NCBI RefSeq assembly: GCF_035084215.1
Contig: NC_090331.1
Span: 97,154,001-97,218,000, forward strand
Direction: 5' to 3'
Origin: Heptranchias perlo
Taxonomy: Eukaryota
DNA length: 64,000 bases
Each line of letters opens with the position of its first letter. Within the stretch, counting starts at the first letter, position 1. The notes below the pieces were generated by a model. That model did no database searches. It saw nothing but the letters and a program-made list of their open reading frames with translations, and was not told the DNA's origin. Positions 1-11,068 of the stretch are shown here, one piece after another. The position numbers were made by a program, and so were the translations under genes.

Positions 1-150
1 GAAAATGCTGAAAACACTTAGCAGGTCAAACAGCATCTGTGGAGTGAGAACAAAGGAGTTAACATTTCAGGCATGGGCCTTGACAAAGAATCCGTATCTG
101 AAACGTCCACTCCTCTATTCTCTCCACAGACACTGCTTGACCTGCTGAGT
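1..150. repeat. Fold-back (inverted-arm) element, probably Penelope-derived
   Basis: Arms AGCAGGTCAAACAGCATCTGTGGAG and CTCCACAGACACTGCTTGACCTGCT are inverted, with a degenerate TTGACAAAG...CTGAAACGT core between them. Confidence 0.6.
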
Positions 151-519
151 GAAATAAATAGAAGTTACAACACGAAAACAGACCATTCAGCTCAACCAGT
201 CCATGTCAATGTTTACCCACCACACGAGTTAACATTTCTGATCACATTTACCCACCCTGTTCCCATATTTCCTCAACTCCTTTCCCTTCATCCACCTATC
301 CAATCTAATCTTATATGTTGACACAGTTTCTGCCTCAACCACTAATCAGGCAAGTATCCTGATGAATCTGTGTTGTATCCTCTCTACAGTCTCAATATCC
401 TTCCTATAATGTAGAGCCCAATACTGTACACAGTTCTCTAATTGAGGTCTTAAGTTTCCAGTTTTTAAAAATCAGATCTCCCCTGCGGCCAGCTTTAGTG
501 AATCTGGCAAGTTTACTTT

Positions 520-683
520 CAGAAATAAAAACAGAAATGCTGCAAATACACAGGTCAGTCAGCATTTATAAAAAGACAGGTTATGACGTTTTGGGTGTAT
601 ACCCTTCATCAGTTCTGTCATGATCTTTCTTTTCCCTTTTCAGATGTTGACTGCTCTGCTATGTATTTGCAGTTTTCCTTTTA
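520..683. repeat. Fold-back element with a decayed hammerhead core
   Basis: Inverted arms GCTGCAAATACACAGGTCAGTCAGCAT / ATGTTGACTGCTCTGCTATGTATTTGCAG. Minus strand 585-612 reads CTGATGA-A-GGGT ATAC ACCC-AAAA-CGTC. Confidence 0.6.
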
Positions 684-2191
684 AAGTTTCCGTTTGGATT
701 GCCGTCTGCTGCAAGACCTGCTCTTCAGGAGCCAGCACACCATCACAGCACAAAATCAATATCAAAGCAACTTGTAGCAGTGGTGATTATGGTAAGTTTA
801 TTTTTGAATTCACATATTTTAGAAGTTGAAGTTGAGCGCACTTATGGTACACCCAAGAGCTCCATGCCTCAGTAGCCAAACTAAATCCATACAACTAATT
901 TAATTACTTGTTGGAAGCAGTTGTTTCCAAGGGAGATCGACATAGGCAAAAGAGAATTGGAACTGATTTGCAGTTTAGACTTCAAATTCCCTTGACTGTT
1001 ACTTTACCATTCAAATAATTGAGAGATTGATCAGTCTACACTCTCACAATGGAGTTCAATTTAATTAAAACATTTAATGAATTTCCTGTAGGAGCAATTT
1101 CCAGTGATGTCACTAACAGTAAAAAGCCCATTCATAGTTTATGTGGGTCCCAGAGCAGCAACTGTGTCCATGTGCGTCCTACTGAGGAATGTGGGTTTGA
1201 CATTTGTAAGTAACTGTATAAAAATAACCTAAAGCAATGTTACACCATGAGCCAGTTCAACTTCAGACTGTGATTCTTTTTAAACATCATGGGGTTTAAT
1301 TTCCTATAGTGGTGGGGTTTAATTTCCTCTGCTGGCTCACTGTATGATGTCCTCAGGTTTCTATTAAAATAGCACAAAAGGAATGTTCAGTAAACACATT
1401 CAGCAGTATGTTACCAAGGAAATTAAATTCTTATGTGGATGTAGGCTACGTTTCAATAATATGGAATGTAAGGCAACTTTATGGTCAAGACATGTAGAGC
1501 AGGAGCTGAAAGAGATTTGCCAGTTATCACCAGGGGGGTGTTCCATGTGATGAAGCACAAGAGACTTTGCAAAACTGGATATAACTTGCATCAGAGATTG
1601 AATGAATGAACAACGTTAAGTCACACCATTTAAACAGTAGGAATGTGACACAAACATTAAACTAAGTAGGAGTAGGCGACAGATAAAGGTGGTTGGAAGG
1701 GTGCTGTGGAAACTTTGTTCCACAGCTTGCAGCATATCTGTATGCAGAGAACGACAACATGAATTACTATTGCTTGGAAATTGGTGTTGGGTTCTCTATC
1801 GGCCTCCCTTCTCTGCTTCTCCCTTTCCCGTCCTTTTTTGCTTTCCCCCCCCACTACAACTATTACCTGTAGTTCTTTGAAGGTTTGATTTGGCAGCAAC
1901 TAGTGCACAATATGTAAATTGGTAATTGGTACAATGACTGTATATTTTTGGGGGGGTTTTTTGCCAAATTTCTTTCCTCCTTTTAGAAGAGTTTTAAAAC
2001 TCTTGCTGGGTTACAGTGCAACCTTGTAGTTCCACCACATGGCCAAGTAGTAATGGGCAGGCTACTCATTACCAAGCCCAATCCTGTCCTCACCCGATGT
2101 CCATCCAGATGAATGTCCAACAGGGCTGGTGGATAACCATCAAGAGTAGGAACTCTGGTTGATTTTCCCCTCCCTAACTCAGTACAGAACA

Positions 2192-2322
2192 TGATGTGGA
2201 GATGCCGGTGATGGACTGGGGTTGACAATTGTAAACAATTTTACAACACCAAGTTATAGTCCAGCAATTTTATTTTAAATTCACAAGCTTTCGGAGGCTT
2301 CCTCCTTCCTCAGGTGAACAAT
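2192..2322 (-). mobile_element. Solo Penelope pLTR fragment (131 bp) with 10-bp TSD
   Basis: Near-identical to 33430-33556. Flanked by the direct repeat GTACAGAACA (2182-2191 and 2323-2332). Confidence 0.88.
2280..2318 (-). ncRNA. Minimal hammerhead ribozyme motif
   Basis: TTCAC-CTGAGGA-A-GGAGG AAG CCTCC-GAAA-GCTT-GTGAA. Confidence 0.8.
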
Positions 2323-2844
2323 GTACAGAACAGAAATGAAACCTGATACCATTTCTACTTGTAGTTTCTCTTGCCTGGTGTTGGTCACCTTCAACTAGCT
2401 CTTTGAGGATTACAATGAAATAAAATTGATTTCAACTGCCTGCCTGAACAAATATCAGTTAATTTATTTCAGACCAGTCTGGTTGAAACCCAGTTCCTTC
2501 CCATATAGCTACCAATCCCAGTGAATTGTACATAAGATACTACACGCATGCAAGTACACGAGAAGGATAGAATTCAATTAAAAGGTTCAAGCGATGTAAC
2601 AAAAATGCGTGGTTTGTGAATATCACCTGAACCATGAATTCAATTACTGCTTGACAATTATTTAATAAATAGGATACATTTTTTTTAAAAAGAGTTCTTC
2701 AACTAATGCTTACTTTCTTGCTGTTATGCATAAGGACACTGAAGGTATTAACATTGACTAGGACAAACGTCCCAATTGATTGCACATTATATAAAGTGCT
2801 GTGATATTACAAGATATGGTGTAGGGCAATAATTTACCATTTAT

Positions 2845-4178
2845 ACACTATCTGCTATATATTAATGACCTGGACTTGGGTATACGTGGCATAATTTCAA
2901 CGTTTGCAGATGACACAAAACTTAGAAATGTAGTAAACAGCGAGGAGGATAGTAACAGACTTCAGGAGGACATAGAGACTGGTGAAATGGGCAGACACAT
3001 GGGAGATGAAATTTAATGCAGAGCAGTGTGAAGTGATACATTTTGGAAGGAAAAATTAGGAGAGGCAATATAAATTAAATGGTACAATTTTAAAGGGAGT
3101 GCAGGAACAGAGAGACCTGGGAGTTCACATACAGAAATCTTTAAAGGTGGCAGGACAAGTTTATACGGCTGTTAAAAAAAATACAGGATCCTGGGCTTTA
3201 TAAATAGAGGCATACAGTACAAAAACAAGGAAGTTATGCTAAACGTTTATAAATCATTAGTTAGGCCTCATAGGAACAGGAGTAGGCCATTCAGCCCCTC
3301 GTGCCTGCTCCGCCATTTGATAAGATCATGGCTGATCTGTGATCTAGCTCTATATACCTGCCTTTGGCCCATATCCCTTAATACCTTTGGTTGCCGAAAA
3401 GCTATCTATCTCAGATTTAAATTTAGCAATTGAGCTAGTATCAATTGCTGTTTGCGGAAGAGAGTTCCAAACTTCTACCACCCTTTGTGTGTAGAAATGT
3501 TTTCTAATCTCGCTCCTGAAAGGTCTGGCTCTAATTTTTAGACTGTGCCCCCTACTCCTAGAATCCCCAACCAGCGGAAATAGTTTCTCTCTATCCACCC
3601 TATCCATTCCCCTTAATATCTTATAAACTTCGATCAGTTGGAGTATTATGTCCAATTCTGGGCACCATGCTTTAGGAAGGATGTCAAGGCCTTAGAGAGG
3701 GTGCAGAGGAGATTTACTAGAATTATGCCAGAGATGAGGGACTTCAGTTCTCTGGATAAACTGGAGAAGCTGGGATTGTTCTCCTTACAGTAGAGAAGGT
3801 TAAGGTGAGATTTGATAGAGGTGTTCAAAATTATATGGGGTTTTGATAGAGTAGATAGGAAGAAACTGTTTCCATTGGCAGAAGAGTCCGTAACCAGAGG
3901 ACACGGATTTAAGATAGCTGGCAAAAAATCCAGGGGGGAAATTAGGAGAATTTTTTTTACACAGCCAGTTGTTATGATCTGGAATGCACCATCAGAAAGG
4001 GCGGTGGCAATAGTAACTTTCAAAAGGGAATTGGATAAATACTTGAAAGGGAGAAATTTTCAGGGCTATGAGGAAAGAGCAGGGAGTGGGATCAATTGGA
4101 TAGCTCTTTCAAAGAGCCAGCACAGGCACGATGGGCCGAATGTCCTCCTTCTTCTGTGCTGTATCGTTCTATGATTCA
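2845..4178 (+). mobile_element. CR1 LINE 3' fragment, interrupted by a nested CR1
   Basis: Degenerate YINDLD...FADDTK, LNVYKSLVRP and IEVFKI..GFDRVDRKKLFPL segments, plus CR1 3'UTR with a TTCTATGATTC tail. Confidence 0.85.
3269..3637 (-). mobile_element. CR1 3' end nested in the opposite orientation
   Basis: ORF LIEVYKILRGMDRVDREKLFPL...FYTQRVVEVWNSLP plus 3'UTR. It splits the host at GTTAGGCCTCA|...|GTTGGAGTATT. Confidence 0.85.
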
Positions 4179-4552
4179 TTACTGTTGGGACAGTACTTTT
4201 CCAATATTTTTTGCCTGGCACCTTCAATGATAATATATGACCTGTATGTCGAACAGAATTGTTTTTTAAGGTAATATTACTGGCACATTTTCACTCCAGA
4301 TATTTTTCCTTCCATGTTTTAGGTTACTTTTATAGGTGAGCCCTTGTTCTCTACAACCTCAAGTGTTTTCACTTGCCCTTATAACTTTCATCGCCTGCCT
4401 GGGATAATGAGCAGAGAAACCTTCTTTACATTACCTCAGCTACAAGTTCCATCCTGTGCCTCCACAGGATCCTGCTCATCTTTAGAAGCCAGTATAGAAA
4501 AGCTATACTAGACCTTGTTTAAGACTTTTATTATCAACAAATCTGTTAAACA

Positions 4553-5370
4553 ATAACAACAGCTTGCATTTATATAGTGCCTTTAACGTAGTAAAACATC
4601 CCAAGGCGCTTCACAGGAGCAATTATCAAACAAAATTTGACACCGAGCCACATAAGGAGATATTAGGACAGATAATGAAAAGCTTGGTCAAAGAGATAGG
4701 CTTTAAGGAGTGTCTTAAAGGAAGATGGAGAGGTAGAGAGGCAGAGCGGCAGAGAGTTTAGGGTGGGAATTGCAGAGCTTAGGGCCTAGGCAGCTGAAGG
4801 CACGGCCGCCAATGGCGGAGTGATTAAAATCAGGGATGCATAAGAGGAACGGAGCGAACTCAAGAGGGTTGTAGGGCTGGAGGAGGTTACAGAGTTAGGG
4901 AGGGGTGAGGCCATGGAGGGATTTGAAAACAAGGATGACAATTTTAAAATCGAGGCATTGCTGGACCGGGAGCCAATGTAGGTCAGCGAGCACAGGGGTG
5001 ATGGGTGAACGGGACTTGGTGTGAATTAGGATACGGCAGAAGAGTTTTGGATGAGCTCAAGTTTATGTAGCGTGGAAGATTGGAGGCCGGCCAAGGAGAG
5101 CATTGGAATTATCAAGTCTAGAGGTAACAAAGGCATGGATGAGGGTTTCATCAGATGAGCTGATGCAGGGGCGGAGAGGGATGTGTTGCAGAGGTGGAAG
5201 TAGGTGGTCTTGTTGATCGAGTGAATATGGGGTCGGAAGCTCACCTTAGGGTCAAATAGGACGCCAAGGTTGCGAACAGTCTGGTTCAGCCTCAGAGAGT
5301 GGCCAGGGAGAGGGATGGAGTTGGTGGCTAGGGAACGGAGTTTGTGGCGGGGACCAAAGGCAATGGCTTT
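4553..5370 (-). mobile_element. L2 LINE 3' fragment
   Basis: NQTVRNLGVLFDP..SF.PHI....YFHL and LQ...LHKLELIQNS motifs; tail AAAGGCACTATATAAATGCAAG-(TTG)n. Confidence 0.8.
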
Positions 5371-6267
5371 ATCAGTAATAAATAAAGGAAATGACAACAG
5401 TAACACAAATTTTGTTGTTAAACTTTACTAGTTCCCTCAAATAATAGAAAATAATATATATTTTGCAACTCTTGTGCCAAGCTATATTGCAATTGATTTT
5501 TTTTACATAGTAATTCTTTATCCTTTCCTCACCAACTATAAAAGTTATTTAGCTTAACTAATTCTCTTCTGAGATTCAAGACTGACAAGTCTCTCTTTGA
5601 AGGCTCCGGATCAAACTTTCAGATAGACCTGATAAATACCTTCAAAACAGTGACTTGGGATTCACAAATTTAAATAACTGACTGTTAAAAAGGATCTGCC
5701 AATTAAGCACATATTGAATGTTTGTATTTGAAATCAGAGGCCTGGCTTCTCCCTGGAACACTTGCTTTTCAGACAAACTGACAGATCAAAATGACCTGGA
5801 ACATTCTTTAGTGACAAAAGCTATTTTCACCCCTTATGCACCACGTCAGAATTAAAGAAGCTAATACCAAGGAAATTTTAGACAAAAATGTACTGATTTC
5901 TACTGTTCCCCATTTTGCTCACCTTCTGCTTTCTCCAGGGCACACACATCCTGCAGCTACGAAGGCGGGCAGTGTTCTGCGCCGAAAGCATTGTTTACGC
6001 TGCTCTTGAACTAGGAACTGGGAAGCATGTCACAGTGACTCTCTGATTTTCCTTTGCTTGCTGTTGGGAGATACCAAGTCTCTGTCTGGCATCTCCACAA
6101 AATGATGCAGCAGAGATTGGGAAACAAATCTCAGTTGTGTCACTCTATAGCACTGCCACTGATGCTCCTATGTGCTGTTCTACCCTACCACAAAACAACT
6201 GGAACTGTATGTCTCAATGCAACACATTTCTAGTAATAGAAGGAACATCAAAAGGTAAAATGTAATT

Positions 6268-6548
6268 TGGGCAGGTGTACTAAGCCATACCAGCAGGTCC
6301 CAGGATCAATTCTGTGCTGAATTAACTGATCAGCTGAGAAAGCACTCAAGAGCCTCAGTGGCCCTGGGTAAAATTCAGTCACAGTTGCTACTCAGTTACC
6401 CCTGCTTGGAAATATCAACAGAAGACAGAATCAGGCTAGACTGCGATGCTCCCCACAAACGATTAGCCTGCTACCACTCAAGCTCATCAGTGAGAAACAG
6501 GCACTCGGCCAAAGTACCAGAGGGCTGGGAGCACCTGTTTAACTGCAC
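6268..6548 (+). mobile_element. Old SINE-like dispersed repeat; related copies in reverse at about 2000-2180, 12470-12770, 24885-25175, 61500-61775 and 62620-62960
   Basis: Shared motifs such as CAAGTGGCCATTCT and GCCCAATCCTGTCCTCACC recur across the copies, which are strongly diverged. Confidence 0.5.
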
Positions 6549-7011
6549 CTCAGTAAAAGTCAAGACAGGAGGGGGAAAATATAGAAGAAAAAAATATGCA
6601 AGTTAGATTCTCTTGTTGATGGGTCGGTGATTTTTGACTGACCATATTCAATGCCACGGAACAGGAAAAGGGACCATGAGAATGCTTTCCTAATAAGCTG
6701 ACACCATGTTCTAAGGCAAGATTTAGTATCCAATATTTACTGCTACTTAATCCTTTTCGCTCCCTTTGCAAACATGTTAGACGACAATTAAAATCAGTAC
6801 AGGATGACTGTATCTTTGGTCATAACATTCACAGACATGTCTCAGCTGTTTTAACATCCAGAAGAGAGGAATGTCAAACTCTGACCAAGGGAGATATTTA
6901 AAATTAACTGAAGACAAGACTATCTCAAAGCAACAAGTAATGGTGCAAAAATAAAAAATCAGAAGTTATTAAAGGCATTTCTTTGCTCACTATCTTGCAG
7001 AAAGAAACAGT

Positions 7012-9245
7012 GGGGAGAATTTTAACCCCCAAGAATGGGTGAGTTGAGGGCAGGTAGTTAAAATATTTGATTTTTGGAGCACGTCCGCAGTCCGGCTCCT
7101 TCGCGCCTTTTGGATGCGTGTGAGGAACCAAGTCACCACAGTCGGGACCTTAATTAGTTCAGGCGGGCGGGTATTTATAATATCCGTGTAAGACGTTAAG
7201 TAGGTCTTTTTACATTGAATTTGACTTAACTTTAAAGTTAATGCCTCTAATGCGGGTTTCCTGGGGCTTGTGAATCTCGGCAGTGAAAAGGAGGCGAGAA
7301 GGGCAGAATAATAAGTGCCTTTATTTCACAGTTTGTGGGCGAGGAGGGTCAGGAGTGTTCCTTCCAGGCCCAACAAACTTACCTACCACAATCAGACCCC
7401 CCCCCACTCTCCCCCAAGGATGTCCGAGCACATCCCGCAGTCTGAGACCTCTCCCCACCCCCACCCATGTCCGAGACCCTCCCACCGCCCCTCGTGTCCG
7501 AGACCTCCCAGGCCCCCCCCCCTCCACCACTCGTGTCCGAGACCCCTCCCGACCCCCCCATCCGTGTCCGAGAGCCCCCCCCGACCCCCCCACCCGTGTC
7601 CGAGAGATCCCCCCGACCCCCCCACCCGTGTCCGAGAGACCCCCCGACCCCCCCACCCGTGTCCGAGAGACCCCCCGACCCCCCCACCCGTGTCCGAGAG
7701 CCCCCCCCGACCCGTGTCCGAGAGCCCCCCCGACCCCTCCCACCCGTGTCCGAGAGCGCCCCCCGACCCCCCCCACCCGTGTCCGAGAGCGCCCCCCGAA
7801 CCCCCCCACCCGTGTCCGAGAGCCCCCCCCGACCCGCCCCCACCCGTGTCCGACAGCCCCACCGACACGCCCCCACCCGTGTCCGACAGCCCCATCGACC
7901 CGCCCCCACCCGTGTCCGACAGCCCCCTCCGACCCGCCCCCACCCGTGTCCGACAGCCCCCGACCAGCCCCCACCCGTGTCCGACAGCCCCCTCCGACCC
8001 GCCCCACCCGTGTCCGACAGCCCCCTCCGACCCGCCCCCACCCGTGTCCGACAGCCCCCTCCGACCCGCCCCCACCCGTGTCCGAGAGCCCCCCCCGACC
8101 CGCCCCCACCCGTGTCCGAGAGCCCCCCCGACCCGTGTCCGAGAGCCCCCCCCCGACCCGCCCCCACCCGTGTCCGAGAGCCCCCCCCGACCCGCCCCCA
8201 CCCGTGTCCGAGAGCCCCCCCCGACCCGCCCCCACCCGTGTCCGAGAGCCCCACCCCCCGGCCCCCACCTGTGTCCGAGAGCCCCACCCCCGGCCCCCAC
8301 CCGTGTCCGAGAGCCCCACCCCCGGCCCCCACCCGTGTCCGAGAGCCCCACCCCCCGGCCCCCACCCGTGTCCGAGAGCCCCACCCCCCGGCCCCCACCC
8401 GTGTCCGAGAGCCCCACCCCCCGGTCCCCACCCGTGTCCGAGAGCCCCACCCCCCGGCCCCCACCCGTGTCCGAGAGCCCCACCCCCCGGCCCCCACCCG
8501 TGTCCGAGAGCCCCACCCCCCGGCCCCCACCCGTGTCCGAGAGCCCCACCCCCCGGCCCCCACCCGTGTCCGAGAGCCCCACCCCCCGGCTCCCACCCGT
8601 GTCCGAGAGCCCCACCCCCCGGCCCCCACCCGTGTCCGAGAGCCCCACCCCCCGGCCCCCACCCGTGTCCGAGAGCCCGACCCCCCGGCCCCCACCCGTG
8701 TCCGAGAGCCCCACCCCCCGGCCCCCACCCGTGTCCGAGAGCCCCACCCCCGGCCCCCACCCGTGTCCGAGAGCCCCACACCCCGGCCCCCACCCGTGTC
8801 CGAGAGCCCCACCCCCCCCGGCCCCCACCCGTGTCCGAGAGCCCCACCCCCCGGGCTCCCACCCGTGTCCGAGAGCCCCACCTCCCGGCCCCCACCCGTG
8901 TCCGAGAGCCCCACCCGTGTCCGAGAGCCCCCCAGCTCCACCCACACACAAGGCCGTGTTCTCACCCCCTCCACAATTGCCCCCCACCCACCCAACCTCC
9001 AAAGACTCCAATCCCACCTCTGCCCCGGCTCCTTTCCCACCCAATTGGCAGCCCGCCTGTTAATTGGGCAAGCTGCCGGGCGCGACACCCGGATGTAAAA
9101 TTTTTATCATTCAATTGAGTTGTGATTGCAGATTCCGACCCGCTAACTTCACTTCCGGGTTTTGTGTTCGGTAAATTTACCACGCACTCTTCTGGGCTCC
9201 GAATCAAAATCCAGGCACATGACTCCCTCACTAGGATTTTCCCCC
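7012..9245. mobile_element. Harbinger-like MITE with an expanded internal minisatellite
   Basis: Imperfect TIRs GGGGAGAATTTT / GGATTTTCCCCC and a 3-bp TSD AGT (7009-7011, 9246-9248). The left arm is homologous to 17092-17500. Confidence 0.65.
7461..8933. repeat. C-rich minisatellite, about 30-31 bp unit CCCCACCCGTGTCCGAGAGCCCCACCCCCCGG
   Basis: Dozens of tandem copies of the near-invariant CACCCGTGTCCGA core with variable C tracts. Explains the six stop-free ORFs. Confidence 0.97.
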
Positions 9246-9596
9246 AGTTCTCTCTTGCTCTTATACCCACACACTTCTGAAGTTTTGCCTCCATACGTTG
9301 ATAAAGGAGTAAGCTTTCCATATGCAGCCAGAGTTGCTGTTACTCTCCCTTCCCTTATTCTATTCTTGTATAGAATAAGTTATTTCCCACCAAGTATTTA
9401 GCTTGATTAGACACCCCACTCAAGATTCTCTCACCATGCAACCCGCTCACCGTAACTGTAATATCCCCCAGTACAGCATTTATCATCAGTAAATGCAGTA
9501 CTCCCAAGAACAGTATTTTTGTCTCTTTAATGTTGAAACAGAAAGGAAGGGAGGAAGGAAAGAAAAGAGTTGCATTTATATAGCGCCTTTCATAAC

Positions 9597-9880
9597 AACA
9601 ATTTGCATTTATATAGCACCTTTAATGTAGTAAAATGTCCTAAGGCACTTCACAGGAGTGATTATCAAACAAAATTTGACACTGAGCCACTTAAGGAGAT
9701 ATTAGGACAGGTGACCAAAAGCTTGGTCAAAGAGGTAGGTTTTAAGGAGTGTCTTAAAGGAGGAGAGAGAGGTGGAGAGGAGGAGAGGTTTAGGGAGGGA
9801 ATTCCAGAGCATAGGATCTAGGCAGCTGAAGGCACGGCCGCCAATGGTGGAGCGATTAAAATCCGGAATGCGCAAGAGGG
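9597..9880 (-). mobile_element. L2 3' end inserted into the tail of a DeuSINE
   Basis: Near-identical to 4555-4845. The flanks GCGCCTTTCATAAC and AACCTCAGGACATTTCAAAGCGC reassemble a SINE tail. Confidence 0.75.
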
Positions 9881-10180
9881 TAACCTCAGGACATTTCAAA
9901 GCGCTTCACAGCCAATTAAGTATTTTTGAAGTGTAGTCACTGCTGTAATGTAGGGAAACGCAGCGGCCAATTTGCGCAAAGCAAAGTCCCACAAACTGCA
10001 ATGAGATAAATGGCCAGATGATCTGTTTTAGTGATGTTGGCTGAGTGATAAATGTTGGCCAGGACACCAGCACTCCTTTAGAACTGCCAGATTTTGTGAT
10101 CAAGTCTCTGCAGCAGGGCTTGTACCCACAACCTTCCGACTCCAAGGTGAGAGTGTTAGCACTGAGCCAAGGCTGACACC
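9881..10180 (-). mobile_element. DeuSINE (SacSINE1-like); further copies at about 10230-10510 (-), 11280-11610 (+) and 57990-58340 (+)
   Basis: Deu-like core TTTGTGGGA.CTTGCT.TGCGCAAATTGGC.GC..CGTTTCCCTACATTACA.CAGTGACTACACTTCAAAA and an L2-type tail. Confidence 0.65.
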
Positions 10181-10664
10181 TATTAATATAGCACCTTTTC
10201 ACATCTGTCTAGAATGACTTTTTATTCATAGCAAAATCCCACAAACAGCAATTAGACAAGTGGCTAATTAATCTGTTTTTGAGGGTGTTAGCAAGGGAAG
10301 GAATGTTGAGAAGGCAGAAATTCCTGCTCTTCTCTAAATAGTGCCACAAAATCTTTAATTCCCATTTGAACCACCATAACAGACAGAGAGGGCCTTGGCA
10401 ATGCAGCACTCCCTCAGAATTAGGTTTAAGTATGTGCTCTAGTCCTGGAGCGGGGCTTGAACCAACAAAATTCTGACTCAGAGGTGAGGTGTGCTGCAAA
10501 CCGAGCCAAGCTTCCAGATTTTTTCCAGCTGCTACCAGGGAGTGGTGGACTGTAATGTATCCTATGCAGTAATGTTCCTTCAATTTTTGAGATCTTGTTA
10601 TTAAACATGTTCTGTCATTCCCCCTGAAGTCCTTCCCTTTGGAAAACAAGCTGTAATTACCATC

Positions 10665-11068
10665 ATAGGAACATTAAGAACAGGAGAAGGACATTCAGCC
10701 CCTCGAGCCTGTTCCGCCATTCAATTAGATCATGGCTGATCTGTACCTCAATTCCATTTACCCGCCTTTGCTCCACATTCCTTGATTCTCTTACCTAATA
10801 AAAATCTATCGATCTCAGTCTAGAAAGCTTCAATTGACCCAGCATCCATAGCCTTTTGGGGAAGTGGGTTCCAGATTTCTACTACCCTTTTTGTGAAAAA
10901 GTGCTTCCTGATTTTGCTCCTGAATGGCTTAGCTCTAATTTTAAGGTTCTGCACCATCATTCTTGATTTCCCCACCAGAGGAAATAGTTTCTCTGTATCT
11001 ACCCTATCGAATCCTTTTAACATTTTAAACATCTCGATCAGATCACCCCTTAATCTTCTAAACTCAAG
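10665..11068 (-). mobile_element. CR1 3' end
   Basis: MFKMLKGFDRVDTEKLFPLVGKSR...FFTKRVVEIWN plus a 3'UTR like that at 3269-3637. Confidence 0.85.

Noticed and set aside
1400-1899. Short ORFs as further exons or a neighbouring gene
   Set aside because: No recognisable homology or consistent splice structure.
5918-6030. Possible KANSL1L exon 7 (minus-strand GTGAG donor, CpG-containing)
   Set aside because: No reading frame resembles the expected ELD..FH.VLS.P segment, so it cannot be supported.
7461-8933. CRISPR-like repeat array
   Set aside because: The spacers are only C-tract variants rather than unique sequences, the context is eukaryotic, and there are no cas genes.
7283-9118. Six overlapping 540-610 aa Pro-rich and Gly-rich ORFs
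   Set aside because: Artefacts of a stop-free C/G-rich tandem repeat: open in all frames, with no splice or domain evidence.
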